NCBI GenBank assembly: GCA_965153455.1
Contig: OZ234494.1
Location: 3,534,001-3,598,000 of the forward strand
Direction: 5' to 3'
DNA length: 64,000 nt
Source: Sphagnum compactum
Lineage: Eukaryota
Positions 37,301-51,455 of the stretch are shown here, one piece after another. Position 1 is the stretch's first letter; each line of letters starts with the position of its first letter. The notes below the pieces were generated by a model. That model searched no databases. It was not told the origin of the DNA and worked only from the letters and a program-made list of their open reading frames with translations. Made by a program: the position numbers and the translations under genes.

Positions 37301-40300
37301 AACTTTTTGAGGATTTAGACCAAATCTGCTCACTTCCACTTTCCCTTGGCCTAGAAGAACTCCTTCAGTTTTTGGTTGACTTCCAACAATCACAACCTGA
37401 CCTTTTTGCAAGAGCTCAGTTGCAGGTAAGAATCATCATTTGGTTCCACACAAAAAGACTTGTAGGGAGCAAAGAACCTCCTTTTGTTGAAGTTTCAGTT
37501 CCTCACACTCAGGACATTTTCCATGGTTTTTTCTGGGGACAGACCACATTGTCTTGGGTAGCTTTGAGTAGGCTTCTTCAAATGATCATGGTCAAGGGTG
37601 GTCCAGTGCTTCAGATGTATTTTTTTGTAGAGATTTTGTTTAGAGGTGCTGATTGGAGGCAAGGGGGGGCATGGTGACAACAGTTACTTATATTACAGGA
37701 TGACAAGCTATTAGGGCAGGAGCCAATGGCAGGTGCTCTCTATAAAGTGTTGGGCATGCCTGCAAATGGTATCAACAGTAATCAACAAACTCAGACTTTT
37801 GTCACCCAAGCTTCCCGGGTCAGCTTTTTCTCAAACCAAACTTCCAAAGAAATTTTATAAGAGAGGATTGCTGTGAAGAGAATTCTCTTATGAGTTGTGG
37901 TTCCTTATGAGTCAGTTGTGTGCATGTCAGGCTTGATTTAGGGTTTAGGGTTTATGAGCCAGAGCAGTTAAAAGGATTAGGAGTTGGCACTTTAAGATTT
38001 GCTGCAAAATTAGTTAGTGCATGGATAATTTATATAACAGCACTAGGGCCATACAAATGTGGAATTGCCTTTGTATCCTCAACTGATATTTTGTCCCATT
38101 TTTTAACGTTAGGTATAGAGGTTTCTGATCTGGAAGTCGATTAATGGGTTGAAAAATGCATCAATGATGATCAGGTATTTAATCTTGTTTGGTTTGGTGT
38201 TAGGGATACCTTGAAAGTTTGCTGACAAGGATACTGATGAGGCTGTTTGGTTGCCATTTTTTGCTGTCAAGGGAACAGTTAATGCAACACTTATTGAAAG
38301 TTATGTGCACAAATACAGCATGGCAGCGGCGCAAATTGGGTCGAGTTATTCTTGACTGGGCAAATCTTTTGCAAGAAGTAAGGAACACACTCAAAGAAAA
38401 AGTAATTTAACAAAGTGAGCATGTCTTTGTTGTAAAGGACCTGGCAGCTCTGGTACAGTTCACTATATTGCAGATCCCTGATTGGTGCTCCGAATTTGCA
38501 TGCCCTCTAACTGTAGGGGACCAATTGTGCTGACAATTTCAGACAAACAGGACATGACAATTCAAGGCTGAGCACTCAGGATGGATGTGCAGAGTTGGTG
38601 GACAGATAATGTGATAATGGCCTGGGCAGCAGAGCAGACTTGCTGGATTGTCACTCATTTTTTGATGTTGGGCTTTCAGCTTGACCTCTATGCACCTAGT
38701 GAATACTGCATGCTTTACTGGTATCTTCCTTCAGCATCCTTGAGGCCCAAGAACAGGTTTTCTTTTTGAGTTGTATCAATTGCCGCCTTGTTACTGAATG
38801 ACCAGTTCTAATTTTTAGTTTGTGATTTGCTTATAAGTACAGAACCTTACATGCATCTGTTCCAAGCTTTACTCACGTTGGGTGGTTACAATGTGGGTTC
38901 CTCCTCCTCTACAATGCAACTCTTGAGTCTGGTTGGAATTGGGACTCATGTTGGGCCTCAGCATTTGATGGGTCAAATTCAGTTTAGGGTTTAGTTTGAT
39001 ATGAGTGCCTCATTACTTATGATTTTCTGATGTATGCAAAATGTATAGGTACTTGGACCATGCATTTTTGACACTATTACATTACAAGCTGGCTAAAGAG
39101 AAGAGCCTTTTTGAGCACCAGGCTTCACCTCTTCCTGATTCGCCTGATTCAGGTCCCATGAACCCCAAACCCTAAACCCTTATTATCTGACTTTTTTCTG
39201 CTACATTGCATGCAATTTGGTACAAAGTCTAGGGTCTATGGAAAAGCTTTTGTTGGTATATAAGGAAGAAATAAGCATGAGGAGCAATTGGCAATTTCCT
39301 TCCTTAAAACTCACACCAAGGCATTTGCTGCTCTATTGTATTCTTCACCATCAGCCAAAAAGAAGGGGAAAAAGAAGAAAGGAGGCACTTCCATGAAGGT
39401 GACAGGAACAACACTCAAGGATGCGAAACTCACATCCTCCATCCTCCTCATCCAATGCTATATTGACTTGTGTAAGGGTTTCATTTGGGTATGTTTTCCT
39501 CCTGATTGTCCACATGTTTAGGCAGCAAACTTTCCTTATGTTAGGGTTTAGGGTTTGAAGGGTATCCACATCCAGCCAATAACCCAGGTAGTTGTGGGTT
39601 TCAACTCATCACTACACTTTTGTAATATGCACCCAAAGACTACCATCAATCACTACACTGGACGAGATGGTGTACAGTACTAAGTGATGTCTGGTTGTCC
39701 ATGAACAGATGTTGGCCGCTTTAACACTAGATTGCAAACTCGTCAATCGCACACCAATTTTCAACACAGAGCAAGAGGTCTCTCTTTTGGAGGCCCCCCC
39801 TCCCCTTCCCTTCTTCAATTAGGTAGCATTTTATGAGATAAGTGCCATGCCCTGCATTGCTCCATTGAGCAAACTTGGGGCCCTGCATGCCATAAAGTCT
39901 TATTTTGGCTTATTCTGGAGCTTGTAAATTTTCAGCTCAAAGTTCAAATTCCCACTATTAATAAAAATCTGGGTGTTTGGTTGTGTGAGGGGACAGAGGT
40001 TCTTGCAACGGTTTGAGATATTGTTCAAAGTCTTAGCACCAGAACCCATGTCTTACTTTCAGTTCAAGGAGGCAACTTCTCGCAACCACTTCTCTGTACT
40101 TTTTCACTTCCCTTCCTCTTTCCAATCTTCTTTTGTATTGCCCATGGGTTTAAACAGGGTTACAGGACACAAGGCTTTGCTTGACAAGGGCATCAGTCAT
40201 GGTGTATTGACTGAGATTGTATTTGTAGTTTACATTTGATGGGTAGTTGGAAGTTGCAGCTTGATTGGTGTTTGACAATTGGTGAAGGGTTTCGGGCCAT

Positions 40301-40626
40301 CAGTGGTTGTAGGACCAGCAGGTTCTGATTGCAGTTGAGTTTTTGGTGCACAGGTTAAGGAACAGTACCAGAAGTCATATGATCATTTTGTGGCAGTTCA
40401 ACAACGGATACAAGAGCTAGGGCCAGCACCTACTAAAGCTCCAGAACTTTCTGCTGTGAGCCGTGGGCAGCGGGCAATTGATGTGAGAAAAATGGAGCAG
40501 GTGGCACTTCGCAACCGAATTGCTTTGCAAATTGTGCACCAGGCTGGTCCTGGTGATAATTTGCGTGTATCTTTTGAGTTCTCCCAGCACCCCTGTTTCC
40601 CGGTTGCTGTAGTCAAAAAGTCATAA
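34328..40626 (+). CDS. NAA35: N-alpha-acetyltransferase 35, NatC auxiliary subunit (MAK10 homolog); at least 16 exons, about 750 aa
   Basis: Exons 34328-34451, 34768-34835, 35113-35253, 35594-35761, 35876-36029, 36376-36455, 36673-36996, 37282-37425, 37684-37818, 38279-38377, (38593?)-38720, 39049-39152, 39355-39488, 39709-39777, 39997-40095, 40354-40626. Motifs: [102 protein letters not shown]. The exon 11 start is unresolved. Confidence 0.93.
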
Positions 40627-43600
40627 ACCATATTTTGTCATATTAGGTTTTATACCTTTTACTCTCACAGAGTTTGTCCTCTTTTGTTTCTTGGGCTTTT
40701 TTTTTGTGTTCACTTTCTTTCTGATTCCTCCAGCATCTGTTTGTTTTTTTTATGAGATGAAAAATTGAAAAGTGATGAAAGTATATCATGTTACTGTTGT
40801 TTTGAACATTGTGTCGGGACTGATTGATCACCATTTTTCCAGTGTCTGGAGCTTTACTTTAATTTTTATGCAATAAGGAGAAAACATTTGTCCAATTTTC
40901 TAAGATTGAGCAGACTTACCATGGATCCCAAACGGACTGTTCTTTTTGTTTGATGTATTTTCTTGTTTATTCAGTGGATTCTGTGTCTGTTCTTTAATTT
41001 CAGATGTCTGTTGGCTCTTTCAAATGTATGGTTCCAATTTTGAGCTCTTTTTGGACCTACTGATTCTCAGAAAACACCTCAAGCATGTGAATTTGTTTTG
41101 TTCTGCGGCTGGCCTTTTTTCCAATGTGCAACATTCTTTGAGAAAGCTTGCAGAAAATGCCATACCATGCATGGGCTCCAAAGCACTACCCATCTACCCA
41201 TCTACCCATCTATATCTCTGGAAGGTGCTTTCATAGAGTATGTATGGGGTAATAATACCATGCAAGCATTCAATGTTGTAAGTTGCGAAAAATAATGTAT
41301 GTACAAATCATGTATATTCCTCATGTATGTATTGTAAATGTATGGTGGCATGGACGAATGTGGATGAATGAAATTCATCCATGATTTATCATTTGTGATT
41401 CATCCATTCCTAAATGGCATTCATACATGCTAGATTGATGTCATTTGTGTAGGGAAGTTCATATGGATGTGATTTGAAATTTAAATAATTTCATTGTTCA
41501 CATGACAAATTGAATAATTTCGTAGTAGGTTTTGTTAGATCTTTAATACATATATGTGTTCTTAAAATTTTAATCAATTAAGTTCGTGGGAAAATTAATT
41601 ATGTGTTAATGTGGAAATTAACCCTATGTTCATATATATCAACATTATAATTCAACAAATCACCCTAGTTCAAAGTCATGTAATGTCATAGTCAATTCAT
41701 ATATTTGGGTTCAAATTCAACATGTAAACTAGTGGGAGCACATCACCCATTAAATGACAAGGCCAAAATTACAATGTGTATGGTATTAATTAACACATTA
41801 CACAGATGAAATTGAATATCTAGATCTAGATCACCATATTGATGAATTTGGTTACCTATAACTATAACTAATGTGTATTATTACCATCACACAAATTCAA
41901 GTCATCGATGATAGATAGGAGAAGTTAAATGTGGATATATAGGACTCCAAATGGTCCCTTACATTCATCATCCATTAGACTTATCCAACATCATTGCATC
42001 AAATTATGTGCAATTATACAATGGATGCAAAACTTGTATTGAAAAACGAAGGATCTATTGCATTAGTCAACAACACCTAATCATTCAATTTACAAGATGG
42101 ATGTCAGTTTTGTTCATCATGAATATGCATGAAGATTTGTGAAAATTGGCATTGAACAACAAAATATTCTATTGCTCAGAAGCAAAATGAACAACAAATG
42201 TGGATGAGGAATACCAAACAATTGACATATACAATCCAATTAACAACAAAAACAAACACAAGTGGAATAATGTTTAAATTATTGCCTTAGAATCTCTATG
42301 AAGTCTCTTGAATGTAAGTGCTAGAAACATTAAAATATGATGTTCCAAGCTTTGTCAAAGGGCTCACCATCTATGTAACAACGCATTCCATCGTTACAGT
42401 TGTGTGATGTTGATGATGATTCAGATGTTGAAGTTGATTGGGCATTGGACAAGTTAGCCACCTAGGTAGCATACATTGGTAGCCACGGACTTTGAAAAGG
42501 ACCAAAGAAAATCATCACATGCAAGAAATCTAGGACACCTCCGCCTAGGATAATTCGTAATGTTGAACACCTATGGTAACATCAATCCTAGAAAATTTGA
42601 CCATATTTGCATCAAACAATAGCTTGAAAGGTATTGGAGTCCAAAGCAAGTTTTTAGGGGGAAAGGAGTGGACGAGGAGGACTAGTCTACTATCTTTGGT
42701 TTGAATGAAGAAACAGCATGAAGAAGTCAATTTGGGAATGAAAAAATAGGTGAAAAATCTCATGATGCATTATAAAAAAACCACAAGATTGTTATAATTT
42801 ACATGTGCAAAGGGGATTGACCTTCTTTGTTGGATTTAAAGGTCGAACTAACTTCAACACAAGACTACAAACAATACATTTTTGAAAAACCTAAACGTTG
42901 TTGGCCGCAAGGTATGCATTGATTCAACACTCTTGGATCATCTAGATAAAAAAGAGTAGTGCAACATCATCATGAAAAAAAAAAGTGCAAAAAGAGAACA
43001 AACAATCCAAGAAAGAAAGGTTGGCCATGTTCCAATGACGCATGTCGTGACTTGGAGTGGATAAACCAAGAAAGAAACATTAATTATCAATTCTCACATT
43101 TGGCATCTGGTCCTCAAAGTTAGGATCCTTGAAGCAATTACAATGTGTCTGGCCTTCTCTCCCAAGGCACCTACAAGCCCATATGACATATTGGGGTGAG
43201 ATGTGCTGCCAAGATTGCTTCTTTTGTCAAGGGTTTCTTAACATTAAATTGTTCAACTACAATATCAAGCTTTTAAAAAAAAATTAGGAATCATCTTCCA
43301 AGGTCCTACCTTGTGTTTGACTTGGTATGACTTGGATATAACATTACATTTCTTGTTAGAACTCATTTTCACTTTTCTTGGTTGCACACTAATTACCATA
43401 GACTTGGAGAAGCTTGGATCAAAATGTTCCCATAGTGATTGTTCATTTAGGTGTTTTGTTTTTAGGATAATCAAAACTATTCCAAATGAGTAGGACCACC
43501 CTAGTGAATTGCAATGTGTTCATTATACATGGTTCATGATTATTTTAAATTGATTATTTTTGTGTATAATCTTGGATTGCTCAAAATTATACTAGTTGAT

Positions 43601-43877
43601 AACAATATGAACTTGTAAGGTACCTAGCAAAAACATTTAAAGGAGATAGTTAAGTAGAGACAATTATAATTTGTATGCATTTTGAAATCAAATAATAGTT
43701 TTTGCTAATTAAACATAAAAAACTTGATTCAAACAACTAACAATTACATCCACTGAATGAACAAATTCCAGATGTACACATTGTTGCCAATTTATCCAAG
43801 TGAAATAGTTACCTATACATAGCTCACTTCAAAACTTGCAAAGTTTCAAATTGCTTTTCCCATTCATTATTTTTTTA

Positions 43878-45303
43878 CACTACAAAAAAATGTGTTTTTT
43901 TCAATTGAAAAGATTGATAAAAAAAAGCCCCAATTGTCACCATGTTCAACTTGACCAAAGTGCCATTTTCAACAAGTTGATTTGAACTTAACCATTTTTG
44001 ACTGGGTCTTTTTGGTTGGTCTTTTTGACTAGATTATTTAACTAGTGAACAATATTTCAATAATGATTACATTATTTATTTTCAATATTATATTACTACT
44101 ACTAATAATATAGTATAATTATAAATAATAACATTAATATATATTAATTTATTTAACTACCTGCATAGCTTAATAATTAGTGTAAAAATCAATACTAATA
44201 AAATTATTTACCCACCTACCTATAGCTAGACTATTTAATTTGTGCCCCCTAAAATAAATAGCCAACCTTAGCCCAACTTGCTTAGGTGGTCTTGGTTACC
44301 TATCTAAACCATTTAAGGCCAAGGTAGCCTAAGTAACCAAGGTTGCAAGTGTGAGGATTTAAACTCTTCACCTCCATTTTGAGAAGTCAATTCCTTACCA
44401 TTATATTATCACTTCAAAAGATGATATATTTTGTCATCATATTGTAATGAATTTGATTAATTTTTTCATCTTGATGTACATATTGTAATATTAATCAATG
44501 AACTTTGAAAAGTTCATTGATTAGGTTTCTAATCAAATTTTATATTTTTCTTTTTTTACATTATTTATTTAGGTAGTAGGTTATGCCATGTTTTTAGATA
44601 CTTATTAGTAGGTACCATGTATGTAGGTTTATTTTACATGTACCTAAAACATGTAAATAGTTAAGCATAGTTAATTATTAACATGTAATTAGTTTAATCT
44701 TAAATTTTTATAATTTTAATAAATTTAAGTTATTGATTCTATAATTAAGTGCTGATTATGGATTATTTACTATTAATTATTAATTAAATAGCTATTATTT
44801 ATTGGCTATTAATTAACATGATTCATGACTCAATTAATTAATTAATTAAAACACTAATATTAAATTATTGAACATTAATTATTAGTTATTAAATATCAAC
44901 TAATTAATGTAGTAAGCCTAGATACTTACATGTGGCTCAAGGTAGCATGTAAGTAGCCTGTTAAATTTTATAAGTATCTATTAGGTGTAATAAACCTATC
45001 CTATCTTAGCTATGAACTTAGGTTAGATATGTACCCTAGGCCAAACAAACTTATAAGTTAAGTAACCAAATTAGTATCGTCAATTTGACTAGGATTTGTT
45101 CATTTTGACAAACCTATGTCCCTTTTGATTAAAAGTTTGGCTTGTCACATGGTCAAAAAGGGTCATTTTAATCAATTGTTCCAATCAAAAGTAACTCATG
45201 TCTTTCATACCCCAAGCGTTTAGTCAAAATGACCATCCCCCTTGGTCAATGTGAACATTTTAACCAAGTTGGACATTCTAAAAAACCATGTTTTCTTGTG
45301 GTG
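43878..45303. mobile_element. Non-autonomous CACTA (En/Spm)-type element
   Basis: Starts CACTACAAAAAAA and ends TTTTCTTGTGGTG (reverse complement CACCACAAGAAAA). The 3-bp flanks tta/cta match at 2/3. Subterminal TTGAC/GTCAA repeats occur at both ends and the interior is AT-rich and non-coding. Confidence 0.6.
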
Positions 45304-45559
45304 CTAGATACCAATTGCTTTGATGAGTTCATTGAATTCCTTGAAAAAACATGTTTCCCACACCTCAACCTTCTAGTGTTCAATATAATCAACAAGGGGG
45401 CTAAATGTCGAATCCAAGTTCACTTTGCATATAACCAGAATTTTATTTTATTATTATTTTCAATTATTACATACCAAACACTTTGTGTAGCCACTTTGTG
45501 AAATTTTGTTTTGAGATATCCTTTTTAGAAATCTCAAATTTTCTTTGATTAAATTTTTT

Positions 45560-47160
45560 GAATTCCACTAGTTCAACTACTCAATTTTTTGAGCGGGCTC
45601 AACCAAATGCATGATTCAAGGGCTCAGCATGTAACTTTTCAAATGTCATTTCTACATCCTCCTCCCTTTTAAATCATAGTGATTAAAAATTTCTTTAAGA
45701 AATTCCAGACCAAGTGCAAGATTTACCACACACCATCTTCCCAAAATGAATGTCGAAAGTCTTTCTTTTGTCATCTATTTTTTTGCACATGAGTTGTGCC
45801 ATTTCTTGCTTAAAACAATTTTTTACTTTAGGTAGACTTTCATAATAATGATGGACAACCATATTTCTTGCAATAGTTATCTCTTGCTACAAATTTGAAA
45901 AACCATGCACATCAATGTCTTTTGTTAGTTTTAGAATAGTGGAATATGCCAACACATCCATAAGTCAAATGTAACTTGATAGGAAACCATTTTTTACTAG
46001 ACACATTTAAAACTCAAGATTAATCATTTTCATATAGCCAATGTTTTTATATGAATTTTGTAGTGTTTATTGTTCTTTAACCCCTTCCACGAATGAACTA
46101 TGCTAGAAAAATATTTTAATTTTCAAGCTTAAAAAGGTAATCAAGTAAGAAAAAATTATGCATTAATTAATCTTACAAACATGGAAAATTTTAAAAATCT
46201 AAGAGAATCCAATGGTCCACTGTGATCAAATTGGAGTCTTAAATCTAAAACCATGAATTTCTTTTTAAATTTTAAAACCATGAAGGAAGGTAAAACAACA
46301 TACTAGATTCAATTGCAAAGAAAAAACAAGTACCAATCATCATTTCATATCCACAATCTTGAACACAAGTCTTTTGTTCATATATGTAGGAATGAAAATA
46401 GAATTCATACATCATATAAGTAATTGATCATGGCCTTTCTTGTTTTGTACCACACACACTTTTTTCTAGCCAATGTTGTTTTGTATTGTGAGTTGGGAAT
46501 AATACATTTAAATTACTCCAAGGGGATTTGCCCCATGCTTTGAGTGTGATACAACATGTGGAGAATGATCCCTTTCACATGGTCACCTTGAATTACAACA
46601 TCATTGCACATGAATGTATGAACCTCCCAGCCATATATATATATATAGTTTGAGATATCCTAACTTGTTAAAATTTGTCATGGTAGTAAGTAATTGTATC
46701 ATGTTGATTGTGCCCTTGAAGATGATGCACTTAGGCATGATGTCCCATTCCCAATTTCATGGTGGACTTTGTCAATGAAGTGATACCAAGCTTTCAATTT
46801 GTGATTACCAACCCAAACAAAAAACATTTTGTTTGAAAATTTGTTGAGGCCTATAAGAACTTAGGCCTCAACAAATTCCATGTTCTTATTTTTTCAATGT
46901 TTGTTTCAACCTTGCACGATCTTTGAGGTCACATCCATATCCTCTAAACCAAATTATTTGTTTGGAAAACACAAAAAACCATGTCATCTTCCTTGTACCC
47001 AAATTGGAAACTAGTTTCCATCTTTTGGATATCCACTAATAATGCAAGATGCATTATTGCCATGGACACCATTTTGCATAAAGAGATACAAAATTTGGCC
47101 TTGGTATGAGGTTAAATTTTCAACCTCTCTAACCAAGACATGCTTGAAACCTTATGTTCA
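45560..47160 (-). pseudogene. Decayed, probably TE-associated ORF with a ParB/Srx-like (DGNHR-type) motif
   Basis: Minus-strand fragments KFCISLCKMVSM..LLVDIQKMETSFQFGYKEDDMVF (about 47100-46975), LNKFSNKMFFVWVGNHKLKAWYHFIDKVH (about 46850-46760), GDHVKG..LHML (about 46580) and EMTFEKLHAEPLNHAF (about 45650-45605), with stops and frameshifts. Assignment is by recall of the motif pattern. Confidence 0.4.
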
Positions 47161-50100
47161 GCTTGTAGGGACATGATCCTTTTGTCAAAGCATAGTGATT
47201 CATCTTGATTTTGTCGGAAATATTGGAAAATAATAATATAGATTTGCATCATTTGACATATGCACATATTTCAAACCACATCTTTGCAATTGAAATATGT
47301 AACATATGTAAAAAAATTTCGTTTTTTTTCCAACATGGTTTTTAACTTGTTTGATTGTGATTTAACCTTGATAGATCCATCCAAGATTGACAATTTAAGT
47401 TGTTTTAATTACTATACATAATTTTTTAATTTTAAACCAATTAATTATAAATTTCACATTATATATATCTTATTAACATATATGTTGGGGTTGTTAAATG
47501 TGGTCCATGACACACATGCCACACATGAATGAATGCAAGGCCAAATGTGTAAAGTGTAAATTTTAATGTTCATAATTTACATATTTCAACATGTTAAAAC
47601 AGTGAAGGTCAATGGCATAAAAAATGAAAAGCCCTAAGGCTCACCATTACATTGTAGAATTGGCTTTACTAGACTATTCTCTAATTCATTCCATTTAATA
47701 GGAGAAATCTTAGAGGCTTGCAAAGCATAACTAGTCCACTGGGCTCGATTTTTAGTCCTTTCTTTTCTTGTGCCTCAATGATAGAATTATGGGACCTAGC
47801 ATCCATCATTGAACCATCCATCAACAACCACAAGAAGAAATCCCCCAAAAATTAACCAATGCATTTGCAACTATTTCACACCCTTGAAAATTTTGCAACT
47901 ATACTATAATTACATTTGCAACTAATAACATTTTCATCCTACACTTTATAATTGTTTTCATCCATGATCATGCCCATATGTCACAAGTTTAGTTGCAAAT
48001 AAAACAAACTTAATCACACCGTTAGGGTGTTAGCATAGCCCATAATGGGGTGCAATCACAGTCAAATGAACTAATAGTGACAAAGGACTCAATCACAAAT
48101 GGGCCGTTTTTGAACTTTTTGACTTTTTCATACAAAGGATTTTTTTTGCAATGTGTTCTTAAAAATATTGACAAGTCCAATAATAAATTACATTATTTGT
48201 GTTAATTTTTTTGAATAAATATGAATTCTCTAAAAGTGTACAAATTTTGCCAGATTTTATGTTTCATTTTGAAAAATGATCATAATTTCAAATCATGCTA
48301 AAATATGACAACTATTTTAAGCTTTAGTTTTTTGTATCATAAGCCAAAACTTTGTTCGTATGTCATACACATTATGACCCATTTACATCTAGTAAATGAT
48401 TTTAAAAATTAAAAAAATTTGAAATGATATTTTGAATTTCTAAAAATTTCAAGTACCACAATTTTTAAATTATGAGTGCTTTTCATATGTGGATGGTATG
48501 TTATTATCATTTCAAATTTTTGCCCATCAAAATTTCTTTATTGAAAGAGTCCTTAGCCTAGTGCTTTGTAAAACTGATTTTGGGGTGTTCAAGTTCAAAA
48601 GTCTTAAATATTAGAACCAAAACTCAATTTATTAAATTAAATGATTTTTTTTTGAATTTTTCAACACTCATATAAAATTTTTAGCACATATTTCCTTGAT
48701 CAACATGAAATTAAAATGGCATTAAATAAATATGTTTGAAAAAATTGACGATTTTTCGATCGTTCGACATGGTTTTTGGTTCATTTGATTTATGATTACA
48801 CCCAATGATATGCATAGGTGTATTAAATTTTTTTTAAAAAAAATGCACTCTTGCAAAGTTCTATTAGGGGTATATTGGCGGGTATATTTCCATTGGTGTA
48901 TTTATAAAGTTGTGTTTAATTTATATTTAGGCAAATTAACTACCTACTTACCGATATATGCTTGTTTACCTACCTATTTAACCTAGGTTACCTACACACC
49001 TAACATAGCTACCTACTTGTTAATTAATTGATAATCAACTAATTACATTAATTATTAATTAATTGATAACTAATAGTTAATATTCAATATTTATAATAAA
49101 TAAATAATTATTATTTAAATTTTAATATTTTATTTATTTATTGATTATTTAAGAACCATTAATGAGAATTTATAATTAATAAGTTAGTTAATTAATTATC
49201 TACTTAGTTATATCATATAAAATTTATAAAATGAAAACATAAGACAAAGGATATGAAAAAAAATTAGTTATAACCTAGTTTGTAACTAAGTTGCAATTTT
49301 AATTTTTATCCCATTTTGTCTTTTGCTTCCATTTTGATAACTGTATAATGAGGAGGCTTTGTCATACATTTTCACATTAAAAAACACATGTCAATTGGGA
49401 TGAACCAATCAAAAGAATTTAACCCTAAGGTTAAACCTAAAAGAAATATTTACTCACTTCCCTAGTTTATTTACCTACTTACCTATCCACATAATCCTAT
49501 TTACATACTTACCTAGTTCGACCTATCAACCTACTTAGTCCAGCTTACCCAACTAAATATTGATTTTAATTCATTTTGATTGGAAAATTCAAAAAATGTC
49601 ACATTACATATTTATATTAATATGTCATGTGTCATAATCTAAAACCATCTAAATTAGACAATGAAGATGCACTAGTTTAGAGAGGCTAGTCATAGTACAC
49701 TTAAGGTAGGGTTTCTCGCCATTTTTGCAAGAAGGCCTCATTATTTGTGGTGCCCAAAAAGTAGAGGGGGGTGCAAATGGGATAACACAAGCTACACCCA
49801 CTTTTTGAGCTTTTGGAAAAATATTTCAAGAATATTCTTGGAATATTAAAAAAAAGCCTTCAAAAAAAGATTTAAAATTTGTAAAAAAAATTCATACTAT
49901 TTGGCAAAAAATGTCATTTTCAAAAAAAATTGAAATCCATTTACAAGTTTTTTTACTTCTTAAAAGCAAGCATTACACTGCTTAATGAGTGCCTTTGTTA
50001 ATTTTTATTCATTGGTTTAATTTCAAATAATTCACATGATATATTAAAAATACAATTATATTAACAAATTTTATAATTTCAACATCAAATTAAATTATGA

Positions 50101-51288
50101 CTTTAAAACATGAAAAATTAAGCAAACATTACATTTGCTATGGTACGTGTTATTGTGATTACACCCATGGAGCCCTTTTTTGGCGCATCTATTGCACAAA
50201 AAATCAACGAAAGTGAACTAGAGGCGGGTCAAAATGAGATCAAAGGAGCCACAAATGTTATTTTACATTAATCCTACATGTCCTTTTTCCCCAAAATAAT
50301 TTTTTCGTACGAATGAATTTTTGAATGGTTTTTTTTGCAACTCATTATGAAAATGATTAAAATTTCCCTCTTAAGTCAAAAAAAATTTCTAATCATTTTC
50401 GAATAAATATGAATTTGTAAACATGTATAGATTCTTTGCAGATGTTATGTTTCATCTTGAAAAATGATGATAATTTGAAATCATACAAAAATGTTAATCT
50501 TTTAAAATTTGATTTAATATAATATAAACTACGATTTTTTTATAATACATCATGTATATTATACCTGGTAAACTTTTTTTGAAGTTGTGAAATTGTGAAT
50601 TTAAAATGTGTATATACTTTGAATTTCAAAGTTTTAGAATTCCACATTTTATGACAGAATAACATCTGACACCCTTTGTGACTCCTTGGATTGTTTTTTG
50701 ACCCAGGCAAGAAAGTTATGGCCCTTCAACGTAGGGAGGGGTCATTTTTATAGAAAATTCTTGATTGAACAGCTCATAGCCTATTTTCGAACCCTTCAAA
50801 AAATCTTTAAATTTTATTTTGTTGCATTTAGAGTTAAAAGATGATTTGTAGAACTTAAGATGGTAATTTTAGAGCAGTTTGAATGGTTCAGTTTGAACAA
50901 AAAATGAGAAAGTAATGCATTGATGAAGAAAAATGAAAAAAATCGCGTATTGGAATTCAAAAAATGTATTTTTTTATTGTTTTTTTTAGCTACTTCATTG
51001 GATTTGCATTTCAAAGATGATTTATAAAGCTTGAAAAGGCACTCATATAACACTTTAAATCACTCAAAATGGAGAAGAATTGAAAAATGGGTGCAAATTT
51101 TTTAAGGTGTTTCAAAATCTTATCACACTGTCTCCTTTTTTTGTCTTTTTTACCTAGTTCTTTTTTACTATGTAAAAACACATTTATGGATGATTATGAT
51201 GGAATCTAGAATTGTGATAATCTAAAATATAATCCTTTTGAAAATTTTGACAACTTTTGATTCATTATTTTTTATGGGGATCAAAATA

Positions 51289-51455
51289 TAGGATAAAAAA
51301 GGATTGTAGTAAGGACTAGGCCCTTTTCATCTTATGTGATACACCTTAAAGGATTTTCACCCAGGGATAAAAATATAAGGTGAAAAAATATTGCAGTAAG
51401 GACTAGGCATTTTTCGTCTTGTGTGGTACAACTTAAAAGATTTTCACCCAAAGAT
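51289..51455. repeat. 87-bp direct duplication
   Basis: gtaaggactaggc...ttaaa.gattttcaccca at 51309 and 51396. Confidence 0.75.

Noticed and set aside
38569-38571. In-frame TGA in NAA35 as selenocysteine or readthrough
   Set aside because: Land plants are not known to use Sec, and the phase of the upstream acceptor does not fit. Alternative splicing explains it more simply.
20574-40626. FAT + AK-HSDH + NAA35 as a metabolic gene cluster
   Set aside because: The three act in unrelated pathways, and adjacency alone is not evidence.
48213-50493. Two roughly 90-bp similar segments (48213 and 50401) as paired LTRs
   Set aside because: They are short and diverged, with no TG..CA ends, PBS/PPT or internal gag-pol. 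They are more likely copies of a dispersed repeat.
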